A stretch of 64,000 nt of DNA from an uncultured Chloroflexia bacterium (GTDB lineage Bacteria; Chloroflexota; Limnocylindria; Limnocylindrales; CSP1-4): assembly GCA_963755115.1 (NCBI GenBank), contig CAVWIK010000003.1:740032-804031 (forward strand), written 5' to 3'. The notes under the pieces were generated by a model. It searched no databases, was not told where the DNA came from, and saw only the letters and a program-made list of their open reading frames with translations. The translations under genes were made by a program, and so were the position numbers. Below are positions 9,429-17,688 of this stretch, piece after piece. Numbering within the stretch: the stretch's first letter is position 1; each line of letters opens with the position of its first letter.

Positions 9429-9985
9429 GCGACCTGCCCTCCCGGGACCGGCGTCGGGTGTTCGGGCTCAGTGCCGACCTCGGCCCGCATCACCCCGAGG
9501 GCGCGATGCAACCGGGTCTTGACCGTCCCGATGGGGATCTGCAGGGACGCCGCCACATCGCTGAGGGGCATCCCGAGGAAGTAGTGCAGCACGATGACCG
9601 CCCGGTCCCGTTCGTCGAGCCGGCGCATGGCCGAATCGACGAGCTCCCGATCGGCCAGCGCCCCGGCCAGGTCGGACGGGGTCGGCATGTCGATGGGCGA
9701 GAGCTCGACCTCGATCGGGCGCCGTCGACGGCGCCGGACCTGGTCGAGGCAGGCATTGACGGTCAGGCGGTGGAGCCAGGCATCGAACCGGTCGGGATCA
9801 CGCAACCCCGGCAGGTCGCGCCAGGCTCGGATGAGGGCCTCCTGGACCGCGTCGCGGGCCAGCTCCGGATCCCGGAGGATGAGGCGGGCGGCCCCGTCCA
9901 GCCGCGTGACGGCCCCGCGGGCGAGCTCGGCGAAGGCGTCATGCTCGCCCTGCCTCGCGCGTTCCACGAGTCCTCGCTGGTCCAC
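9425..9985 (-). CDS. ECF-type RNA polymerase sigma-70 factor (paralog of 7455..8021)
   Basis: VDQRGLVERARQGEHDAFAELAR.. aligns with MDQHGLVDRARRGDRQAFAELAR.. of the first sigma. GTG start at 9985. The listed 238-aa ORF has a non-protein-like N-extension. Confidence 0.85.
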   Translation of the reverse strand: MDQRGLVERARQGEHDAFAELARGAVTRLDGAARLILRDPELARDAVQEALIRAWRDLPGLRDPDRFDAWLHRLTVNACLDQVRRRRRRPIEVELSPIDMPTPSDLAGALADRELVDSAMRRLDERDRAVIVLHYFLGMPLSDVAASLQIPIGTVKTRLHRALGVMRAEVGTEPEHPTPVPGGQVA

Positions 9986-10184
9986 GGTCGCCTCGGATGT
10001 GGCGCGACCTGGTTGGCCGTGCTCGATAGCGTATGGCGTCCGCGTCCCCGAATTGGTTTTGGCGGGTGTCCGTACGCTGGAGGCGACGACCCGGCACGAA
10101 CGTTCATCCGTATCGGGCGATACCGGACGGTCGGCGGTCACCTACGATCGGTGGAGCTGTCGCGCACGATGGGAGGTCTCGGCC

Positions 10185-11409
10185 ATGGCACGCTCATCCA
10201 CGCGGGTCCGGAGCGGGCTGGTCGGCCTCCTCTTCGTCCTCGCCTGCCTCGGCATCACCGTGAGCACCGTTGCGGTCTGGGCGCACCGGACCCTGCTCGT
10301 GACCGACCGGTTCGTCGCCGTCACGAGCCGAGTCGTCGCGGAGCCCGAGGTCCAGGCCGCCGCCGCGGATCGGCTGGCGAGCCAGATCGTGACCGCGGCG
10401 GATGTCCAGGGACGGATCGCCGGGGTCCTGCCTACGAACCAGGCGTTCCTCGCGATCCCGCTGACGAATGCGGTCGAGGGGGTCATCGACAAGCAGCTCA
10501 CGACCTTCCTCGCCACCGAGCGGGCGCAGGCGGCGTTCGAGAAGGCGATCCAGTTCGCCCACGCCCACCTCATCACGCTGCTGCGGAACGATTTCGACTT
10601 CGTCACCGTGGAGGGCAACACCGCGACCATCGACCTCCTGCCGATCGCGGTCGAGGGCCTGAAGGCCCTGCAGGACGGAGGGCATCCTGCCGGCGGCGAT
10701 CGTGCTCCCGGACGTGACCGACCCCGCCGGCCGGGATGCGGCGATCGCCCAGCTCGAGTCGAGGCTCGGGCGCGACCTGCCCGACGACTTCGCGCTCATC
10801 CCGATCGCGAATGCCGACCGCCTCGCTGCGGCGCAGGGTGCGGTCCGCGCGTTCGACATCATCGTGGTCGTCCTGCTGATCCTGACGCTCGCGCTCATCG
10901 TCGGGACGATCTTCCTGTCGGGCCGCCGGCTCCGGATGGTCGTCCTGCTGGCCATCGGCACCGTGGTCGCCCTGCTGCTGGCCCGGCTGATCACCCGGGC
11001 GGCACTCACCGGCCTGGTCTCGTCGCTCGCCACGGGTGATGGCCTCGCAGCCATCCGCGTGACGGTCATCGACCTGACCGCCGACCTCGCCACGTGGAGC
11101 TGGATCCTCGTGATCCTGGGCCTCATCGTCGCGGTGACGGCCGTCGCCGTGAGCCGTCCGGCGTGGCTGACCAGCGGCGTGGCCGCCGCGACCGCACCTC
11201 AGGGACGCGGCGATCGCATCGAGGCATGGTTCCGCGATCATGCCCAGGGCATCGGCTGGGCGGTCGGCATCCTGCTCACCGTCGCCCTCCTGTGGATCGC
11301 CCTCAGTCCGGATCTGGCGATCCTGATCGGGATCGGTCTCGCCATCGTCGCCGCCTCGATCGGTCGGCGTGGCGGTGCCCCGGACGAAGCGGAGGTGGCC
11401 GTGGGCTGA
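10185..11409 (+). CDS. Hypothetical polytopic membrane protein; frame broken near nt 10680 (GGG run)
   Basis: MARSSTRVRSGLVGLLFVLACLGITV.. reads to ..LKALQDGG, then continues as GILPAAIVLPDVTDPAGRDAAIAQLE.. (ORF 10702..11409) with several TM helices. Confidence 0.6.
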
Positions 11410-11459
11410 TCGGCGCGATGGAGGTCCGCGGGATCGGCGGCCTGATGCCGCCTTGGACA

Positions 11460-11489
11460 TTGACTATCGACCGGCGATGAACCTACGCT
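11460..11489 (+). promoter_or_regulatory. Candidate promoter TTGACT-18-TACGCT
   Basis: Hexamers at 11460..11465 and 11484..11489. SD GGAGGAGGGG lies before the ATG at 11550. Confidence 0.4.
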
Positions 11490-11549
11490 CGTCCCCGACC
11501 ACGTGGACGCAAGGCGCGGGCGACGCGGTCGGTTGGAGGAGGGGTTCGC

Positions 11550-11780
11550 ATGCATCACATCATCGGCGTCGGGATCGGAGGGCTCGTCACTTACCTGCTC
11601 CTGATCATCACCGTGGGCGGGGCGTTCGCGGACAAGTACGTGATCGCCGTGGTCGTCGGCGCGATCGTCGCCTTGCTGTGGCCGTGGGTCATCGGCTTGC
11701 TCCTGGCCCGGCGCATCAAGAACAAGCGCGACGCGAGCATCCAGGCCGAGGTCGAAAAGCAGATGGCGGAGAAGAGCTAG
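11550..11780 (+). CDS. Small two-TM membrane protein, hypothetical
   Basis: Strong SD. Hydrophobic helices GIGGLVTYLLLIITVGG and VVVGAIVALLWPWVIGLLLA. High third-position GC. Confidence 0.5.
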   Translation: MHHIIGVGIGGLVTYLLLIITVGGAFADKYVIAVVVGAIVALLWPWVIGLLLARRIKNKRDASIQAEVEKQMAEKS

Positions 11781-11816
11781 GAGTCAGGCCCCCGGCCCCG
11801 GGTCTCCGAGCCGGCG

Positions 11817-12572
11817 CTACTCCCAGCGGAACCAGCGGACGGCGACGACCAGGGCACCGAACGCCCAGGCGCCGACGATCGCGAGTGAACGGTCCCGAGG
11901 TCCCCGCCGGCGCCGAGCGCCGCGCGGAGCGCCTCGGCGAGCGCGGCAGCGGGCAGGAGCCCGCTGACCGTCCCGATCGGCCCGCCCAGCTGATCGACCG
12001 GGACGACGATCCCGCCGAGCAGCAGGCACGCGATGAAGAGTGCGTTGGCGATCGTCAGGGTCGCCTCGGCGCGGAGGGTGCCCGCGAGCGCCAGGCCGAT
12101 CCCCGCGAACGCCGCGGTCCCGACGAGGATCGCGATGACGACCGCCGGCAGGGACGCGCCCGGTCCCGGTCGCCAGCCGAAGACGGCGGCCGCGATGCCC
12201 ACGAGCACGACGGCCACGATCGATCTCGATCGCCACGACCGTCACGAGCTTGGCGGTGATGAGACCCGATCGCCCGAGCGGCGTGCCGCCGAGCCGTTTG
12301 AGGACGCCATACGCGCGCTCGTAGGCGGTCGCGATCCCGAGGTTGACCAGACCGGCGGCGACGATGGCGAGCGCCAGGGTGCCCGGCAGCAGGACGTCGA
12401 TCCGGGTCTGGCCGGCCGGGACGGGGACCAGGTCGACCGATCCGAAGAAGAGGAGCACGACCACCGGGATGCCGATGAGCGCGAGCACGTTCTCGCCGCG
12501 GCGCGCGGTGAGCCGGCCCTCCATGCGCACCTGCACGAGCGTGGCGGCCGGCCAGGACGCGGGCCGGCTCAC
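11817..12572 (-). CDS. ABC-2 type exporter permease; frame broken twice (near 12225 and 11893)
   Basis: GTGA overlap with the ATPase gene. TM-rich segments lie in three frames: ..NVLALIGIPVVVLLFFGS.., IVAVVLVGIAAAVFGW..LLGGIVVPVDQL.., and ..SLAIVGAWAFGALVVAVRWFRWE*. Confidence 0.65.
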   Translation of the reverse strand: MSRPASWPAATLVQVRMEGRLTARRGENVLALIGIPVVVLLFFGSVDLVPVPAGQTRIDVLLPGTLALAIVAAGLVNLGIATAYERAYGVLKRLGGTPLGRSGLITAKLVTVVAIEIDRGRRARGHRGRRLRLATGTGRVPAGGRHRDPRRDRGVRGDRPGARGHPPRRGDPDDRQRTLHRVPAARRDRRPGRSAGRADRDGQRAPARCRARRGAPRGARRRRGPRDRSLAIVGAWAFGALVVAVRWFRWE

Positions 12573-13483
12573 GGTGTCCCCACGAGCTCGAGGTAGGCGT
12601 CCTCGAGCGACCCGCCGACGGTACGGAGCTCCACGATGAGGCGGCCCGAGTCGCGCGGCCCAGCGCGCGACGGCAGCGATCCGCTCGGGGGTCGGCGCCT
12701 GGTCGGCGACGACGTAGCGGTCGCCGTCGGCGGCGATCGCCGTGGAGCCGGCGGCCGCGCCGAGCGACGCCAGCTCGTCCGGCTGCAGCGGTCGGTCGAG
12801 CCGGATCCGCAGCCGCGGACGCAGGCCCGCGGCGAGCTCGGCGGGCGTGCCCGCGGCGACGACCCGGCCGCCGACGAGGATGTGGACCCGGTCGGCGAGC
12901 CGCTCGACGTCCGCGAGGTCGTGGCTCGTCAGCAGGATGGCCGCGCCCGCGTCGCGCAGGTCGGCGATGAGGCGGCGCGTCGCCGTCCGGCCCTCCGGGT
13001 CCATGCCCGCGGTCGGCTCGTCGAGGATCAGGACCTCGGGTCGCCCGATGAGCGCCAGCGCGAGCCCGAGCCGTTGCCGCTCGCCGCCGGACAGTCGCCG
13101 GTAGCGCGTGTCGCCACGCCGGTCAGGCCGACCAGCTCGAGCACCTCGTCGGGATCGCGCGGGTCGGCGTGGAAGCCCGCGTACTGGACGATGGTCTCGC
13201 GCGGGCGGGCGCGCATGTCGATGCCGCCGTCCTGGAGCATCAGCCCGACGCGGGCGCGCAGGTCCCGCGCGCCGGAGGCCGGATCGAGGCCGAGGACCCG
13301 GACACGGCCGCCGTCGGCGCGACGGTAACCCTCGACGGTCTCGACGGTGGTCGTCTTGCCCGCGCCGTTCGGCCCGAGCAGCGCGACGAGCTCGCCCGGC
13401 TGGACCTCGAGCGAGACGGCGTCGACCACGACCCGTTCGCCGTAGCGCTTGACGAGGCCATCGATCTCGATGGCGGCGGTCAC
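12569..13483 (-). CDS. ABC transporter ATP-binding protein (ABC-2/DrrA-like); frame broken twice (near 13112 and 12655)
   Basis: Walker A GPNGAGKTT, signature LSGGERQRL, Walker B LILDEPT. The C-terminal DSGRLIVELRTVGGSLEDAYLELVGTP* is in a third frame. Confidence 0.8.
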
Positions 13484-13935
13484 GGCGCGATCCGCTCGAA
13501 TTGCCGTTCGAAGTCCGCGTCCTGCAGCTCGCCGACCTGGATCGAGCGGATGACCCCGTTCGCATCGACGAAGTAGGTCTGCGGCCGTCCGGCGACCCGA
13601 TAGGCGTTCTTCGCGGCCTTGTCGGGATCGACGACCGTCGGCCAGGTCGCGCCGTACTCGGCGACGAAGTCCTGGGCCGGGGCGACCGGGTCGTCGGTCA
13701 GGACGCCGACGACCGCGAGCCCGTCGGCCGCGTGCTCCTTGAGCTTCGCCGCGAGGAGCGGGAACTCATCGCGGCACGGCACGCAGGACGGGCCCCAGAA
13801 GTTGATGACCACGGGCCGGCCGCGCAGGTCGGCGAGCCGGAACGGGGCGCCGTCGAGGGTCGTGCCGACGATGTCCGGCGCCGGGTCCCCGGTCGCGGCC
13901 TTCGGGCCGCCGCGGCCCGCGCCCACGAAGACCAC
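13480..13935 (-). CDS. TlpA/ResA-like thioredoxin-fold thiol:disulfide oxidoreductase
   Basis: WGPSCVPC (CxxC) motif. The frame is open upstream to 14031 and encodes a TM anchor RRPILLALAIALVTTIGVVVFVG with no ATG/GTG/TTG, so the true start is unresolved. Confidence 0.8.
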   Translation of the reverse strand: MVFVGAGRGGPKAATGDPAPDIVGTTLDGAPFRLADLRGRPVVINFWGPSCVPCRDEFPLLAAKLKEHAADGLAVVGVLTDDPVAPAQDFVAEYGATWPTVVDPDKAAKNAYRVAGRPQTYFVDANGVIRSIQVGELQDADFERQFERIAP

Positions 13936-14008
13936 GACGCCGATGGTCGTGACCAGGGCGATGGCGAGCGCGAGCAGGATCGGTCGGCGCGGCGTGGCGG
14001 TGCCTCGC

Positions 14009-15118
14009 CTACTTGATGGTCGCGGTGCCCGTCATGTTCGAATGGACCGAGCAGACGAACGTGTAGGCGCCCGCCCCGAGGGCCGGGACGTCGTAGAGGC
14101 GGGTCTCGACGCCGGGGAAGATCGCGCCCTTCCAGACGCTGACGCCGGAGCCGTCGATGATGTCGACGTTGTGGGTGATGCCCGCGTCCTCGTTGTCGAA
14201 GGCGATCGTGAACGGCTTGTCGGCCGGGGCCTCGAACGACGTCTGGAGGAAGGCGACGCCCTTGGCCGTGATGTTCACGTCACCGGTGATGGCCGATGGC
14301 GCCGGCCCGCCCGACGGCCCCGACCCGCCCGACGGGGCGGGTCCACCCGACGGCGCCGGCGACCCGGACGGCGTGGCATCGGAGCCGCTCGCCGAGCCCG
14401 GTGGCAGCAGGCCGGTCTGGAACAGGATCCCGCCGACGAACACGACCGCCAGCAGGCTGAAGAGCAGCGACGGCGTCCGCGGGGCCGGGCCGCTGGCGAG
14501 ATGGCCCGTGCGATCGGCCTCGACCGTCCGGCGGTACTCGGCGATCGAATCGACCAGCCAGCCGACGAGCGTCGCGACGAGCGCGAGGACGCCGGCCAGG
14601 AGCATCCAGCCGCCATAGACGAGCCCGAAGAAGAGGATCGCGACGCCGATCGCGCCCAGGATCGGCCGGAACGAGGGGCCCGGCATGTGGACGCCCGGCG
14701 GCGGGCCGTCGTGGATCACCGCCGGCAGGGCCGACGGGGTCGGGCCGACGTCGTGGTCGTAGATCCGGATCCCCTCGGCCAGCCAGTAGAGGAGCGTCAG
14801 CACGAGCGCGACGATGCCCAGCCACAGGATCGGGCCGCCCCAGACGAGCCCGAAGAGCAGCAGGGCCGCACCGACGGCCGCGAAGATCGGCGCGAACGAC
14901 GGCCCGGGCATGTGGATGCCGGCGGGCGTGCCGGGCTCGATCCTGGTCTTGCCCCGCCGCGCCGGCGGCTGGGCCCGGAACTTGCGCGCGATCCAGATGA
15001 TCCAGACGACGACGACCACCATGATCGCGACGGGGATGAGCGCGATGAGCGCTCCCCAGTCGGGCGTGACGAGGAGCGCCGTCAGGTCGAGGAACCAGTT
15101 CCAGATCGCGTCGAGCAT
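14009..15118 (-). CDS. Polytopic membrane protein with two CtaF-like internal repeats and a C-terminal type-1 copper cupredoxin domain
   Basis: Repeats GIHMPGPSFAPIFAAVG.. and GVHMPGPSFRPILGAIG.., each with 2 TM helices. PSG-rich linker. Cupredoxin ligands H (ITHNVDI) and C-x2-H-x2-M (FVCSVHSNM). Confidence 0.7.
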   Translation of the reverse strand: MLDAIWNWFLDLTALLVTPDWGALIALIPVAIMVVVVVWIIWIARKFRAQPPARRGKTRIEPGTPAGIHMPGPSFAPIFAAVGAALLLFGLVWGGPILWLGIVALVLTLLYWLAEGIRIYDHDVGPTPSALPAVIHDGPPPGVHMPGPSFRPILGAIGVAILFFGLVYGGWMLLAGVLALVATLVGWLVDSIAEYRRTVEADRTGHLASGPAPRTPSLLFSLLAVVFVGGILFQTGLLPPGSASGSDATPSGSPAPSGGPAPSGGSGPSGGPAPSAITGDVNITAKGVAFLQTSFEAPADKPFTIAFDNEDAGITHNVDIIDGSGVSVWKGAIFPGVETRLYDVPALGAGAYTFVCSVHSNMTGTATIK

Positions 15119-15159
15119 CGAGGGGACGGCTCAGATGGACGCGCTGCGGGGCAGAGGCG

Positions 15160-15351
15160 TCACTCGCGGGACCCGGCGACGAGCACGTAGGCCATCATCC
15201 CGGCCGCGACGCTGAGGGCGATGAGCATCGTCACCCCGGCGTAGTCGACGTGCCAGCCGCCGAGTGTCGGCACGGCCCAATACACGATGCCGACGATCAG
15301 GAAGATGACGCCGACGAGCGCCGCGTTGCGGGGATGTCGAAGCGGATGCAT
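15160..15351 (-). CDS. Small two-TM protein in the oxidase operon (subunit-IV-like)
   Basis: SD AGGAGG 5 nt upstream of the ATG. Two hydrophobic helices. Sits between ctaE and the CtaF-like gene. Confidence 0.5.
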   Translation of the reverse strand: MHPLRHPRNAALVGVIFLIVGIVYWAVPTLGGWHVDYAGVTMLIALSVAAGMMAYVLVAGSRE

Positions 15352-16028
15352 GACGTCCTCCTAGACGCCGTCTTGCCCGGCAGGAGATAGAGCAGCGAGA
15401 ACAGCAGGATCCACACGACGTCGACGAAGTGCCAGTACAGCGACGCCGCCTCGGCCGCGTCATGGTGTTTCGCCGAGAACTGGCCGGCCAGGCCGCGATA
15501 CAGCACCACCGACAGCATGATGACGCCGCCGAAGACATGGGCGCCGTGGAACCCGGTCAGGGTGAAGTACGTGGTCCCGAACGTCCCCGACGACAGGGTC
15601 ACGCCCTCGTGACCGAGCAGCCAGTAGTCGAGGCCCTGCATCACGAGGAAGATCCCGCCCAGGACGACCGTGACCGCGAAGGCCCGGACGAACCCGACGT
15701 GATCGTTTCGACGGATCGCCCAGATGCCCCACTGGCACGTGATCGAGCTGAGGATCAGCAGGATCGTCGCCGGCAGGACCAGCGGCAGCATGTCGACGTG
15801 GAACGGCACCTGCGCCGGCAGCTTCTCCGGATCGAAGGGCGGCCACTGCAGGGCGTTGGCCCGGACATTGAAGTAGGCGGCGAACAGGCCGGAGAAGAAC
15901 ATCACCTCCGAGGTGATGAACAGCAGCATCCCGAGGACGGGGTTGCTGATCCCGCCCGATGCGTCGTGGTCGAGGCCGCCGAAGTGCTGCTCTTCGGCCG
16001 GGATGAGCGCGGTGGAGTCGGTCGTCAT
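15297..16028 (-). CDS. ctaE: Cytochrome c oxidase subunit III
   Basis: ..FITSEVMFFSGLFAAYF..FHGAHVFGGVIML..LYWHFVDVVWILLF. The last 20 or so codons overlap the next gene and look non-native, so the true stop may be earlier. Confidence 0.85.
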   Translation of the reverse strand: MTTDSTALIPAEEQHFGGLDHDASGGISNPVLGMLLFITSEVMFFSGLFAAYFNVRANALQWPPFDPEKLPAQVPFHVDMLPLVLPATILLILSSITCQWGIWAIRRNDHVGFVRAFAVTVVLGGIFLVMQGLDYWLLGHEGVTLSSGTFGTTYFTLTGFHGAHVFGGVIMLSVVLYRGLAGQFSAKHHDAAEAASLYWHFVDVVWILLFSLLYLLPGKTASRRTSCIRFDIPATRRSSASSS

Positions 16029-16041
16029 CGTCGTGGCCCGC

Positions 16042-17679
16042 TCAATGGTCCGTCGTGGGGGTCATCGACGGGTGTCGGGCGTCGAACACGGGCCGTTCCG
16101 AGCGGATATCGGGCAGGTGGTCGAAGTTGTACGGCGGCGGCGGGGAGCTCGTCGCCCACTCGAGCGTGTTGCCCTCCCACGGATCGTCGCCGGCCGGCTT
16201 GCCGGCCCGCAGCGAGATGAAGATGTTCCACAGGAACGGCAGCATCGAGAGCGCGATCGTGAAGCCGCCGATCGTCGCCACGAGGTTGAGGTCGTTCCAG
16301 CCGGCCGCCGACGAGTAGTCGGCGATGCGCCGCGGCATCCCGGCGAGCCCGAGCTCGTGCATCGGGAAGAACGTCATGTTGAACCCGATGAACATCAGCA
16401 CGAACTGGGTCTTGCCCAGGGTCTCGTTGAGCATCCGGCCGGTCATCTTCGGGAACCAGTAGTAGAAGCCGGCCATGACGCCGAAGACCGAGCCGCCGAA
16501 CAGCACGTAGTGGAGGTGAGCGACGACCCAGTAGGTGTCGTGGAGGGCGAAGTCGACGGGGACCGCGGCGCTGAACGCCCCGTTGATGCCGCCGATCAGG
16601 AACATGCTGAGGAACCCGAGCGCGAACAGCAGCGGGGTCTTGAGCATGAGCTGGCCGCGCCACATGGTGAAGACCCAGTTGAACATCTTCACGCCGGTCG
16701 GGACCGCGATCAGGAACGTCATGAGGCTGAAGAACGGCAGGTAGACCGCGCCCGTCGTGAACATGTGGTGCGCCCACACGGAGAACCCGAGGGCGCCGAT
16801 CGCCGCGGTCGCGAAGATGAACGCCTTGTAGCCGAACAGCGGCTTGCGGCTGAACACCGGCAGGATCTCGCTGATCATGCCCATCGCGGGCAGGATCATC
16901 ACGTAGACCGCCGGGTGCGAGTAGAACCAGAAGACGTTCTGGTAGAGGATCGGATCACCGCCGTTACGCGGGTCGAAGAAGGCCCCGCCGTAGTTCCGGT
17001 CGATGAACAGCATGATCAGCGCGCTCGTGATGACCGGCGTGGCCAGCATCACAAGGACCGAGGTGACGAGCACGGTCCAGGCCATGATCGGCATCCGGAA
17101 GAGCGTCATCCCGGGCGCCCGCATCTTGAAGATCGTGACGAGGAAGTTGATGGCGCCGAGGATGGAGCTCGTGCCGATCAGGACGAGCGCGACGATCCAG
17201 AGGTCCTGTCCCGAACCGGTCGCCGCCAGCGGCTGGTCCTCGGACAGTGGCGCGTAGCTCGTCCAGCCGGCCGCGGCGGTCCCGCCGGTCACGAACCCGC
17301 TCAGGAGCAGGATCCCGCCCAGCGGCAGCATCCAGAACGACAGCGCGTTGATCCGCGGGAACGCCATGTCGGGGGCGCCGAGCTGGAGCGGGACGACGTA
17401 GTTGCCGAAGCCCGCCAGCATCGGGATCACGAACAGGAAGATCATGAACGTGGCGTGCATCGAGAACGACTCGTTGTAGCCGATGTCGGTCAGGAACTGG
17501 AGGCCGGGGAAGGCGAGCTCCGACCGGACCGCGAGCGCCAGCACGCCGCCGATGAAGAAGAAGACGAACGAGTTGATGACGTAGAGGATCCCGATCTTCT
17601 TGTGGTCGGTCGTCGTCACCCAGTCGTACAGGCCACTCCGGTAGGCGGAGGCGGCCGGCGTCAACGTCGTCGTTGCCAT
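16042..17679 (-). CDS. ctaD: Cytochrome c oxidase subunit I (haem-copper oxidase)
   Basis: 545 aa, intact. Motifs ..WFYSHPAVYVMILP.., ..HHMFTTG.., ..VVAHLHYVLFGG. Confidence 0.95.
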   Translation of the reverse strand: MATTTLTPAASAYRSGLYDWVTTTDHKKIGILYVINSFVFFFIGGVLALAVRSELAFPGLQFLTDIGYNESFSMHATFMIFLFVIPMLAGFGNYVVPLQLGAPDMAFPRINALSFWMLPLGGILLLSGFVTGGTAAAGWTSYAPLSEDQPLAATGSGQDLWIVALVLIGTSSILGAINFLVTIFKMRAPGMTLFRMPIMAWTVLVTSVLVMLATPVITSALIMLFIDRNYGGAFFDPRNGGDPILYQNVFWFYSHPAVYVMILPAMGMISEILPVFSRKPLFGYKAFIFATAAIGALGFSVWAHHMFTTGAVYLPFFSLMTFLIAVPTGVKMFNWVFTMWRGQLMLKTPLLFALGFLSMFLIGGINGAFSAAVPVDFALHDTYWVVAHLHYVLFGGSVFGVMAGFYYWFPKMTGRMLNETLGKTQFVLMFIGFNMTFFPMHELGLAGMPRRIADYSSAAGWNDLNLVATIGGFTIALSMLPFLWNIFISLRAGKPAGDDPWEGNTLEWATSSPPPPYNFDHLPDIRSERPVFDARHPSMTPTTDH

Positions 17680-17688
17680 CGGGGCTCC

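Noticed and set aside
15297-15351. 55-nt overlap between the ctaE 3' end and the next small gene, as a genuine overlapping-gene arrangement.
   Set aside because: The overlapping ctaE tail (TASRRTSCIRFDIPATRRSSASSS) looks like out-of-frame sequence of the downstream gene. A TAG in another frame sits just before the AGGAGG SD. It is more likely a mis-placed stop caused by another small indel than functional overlap.
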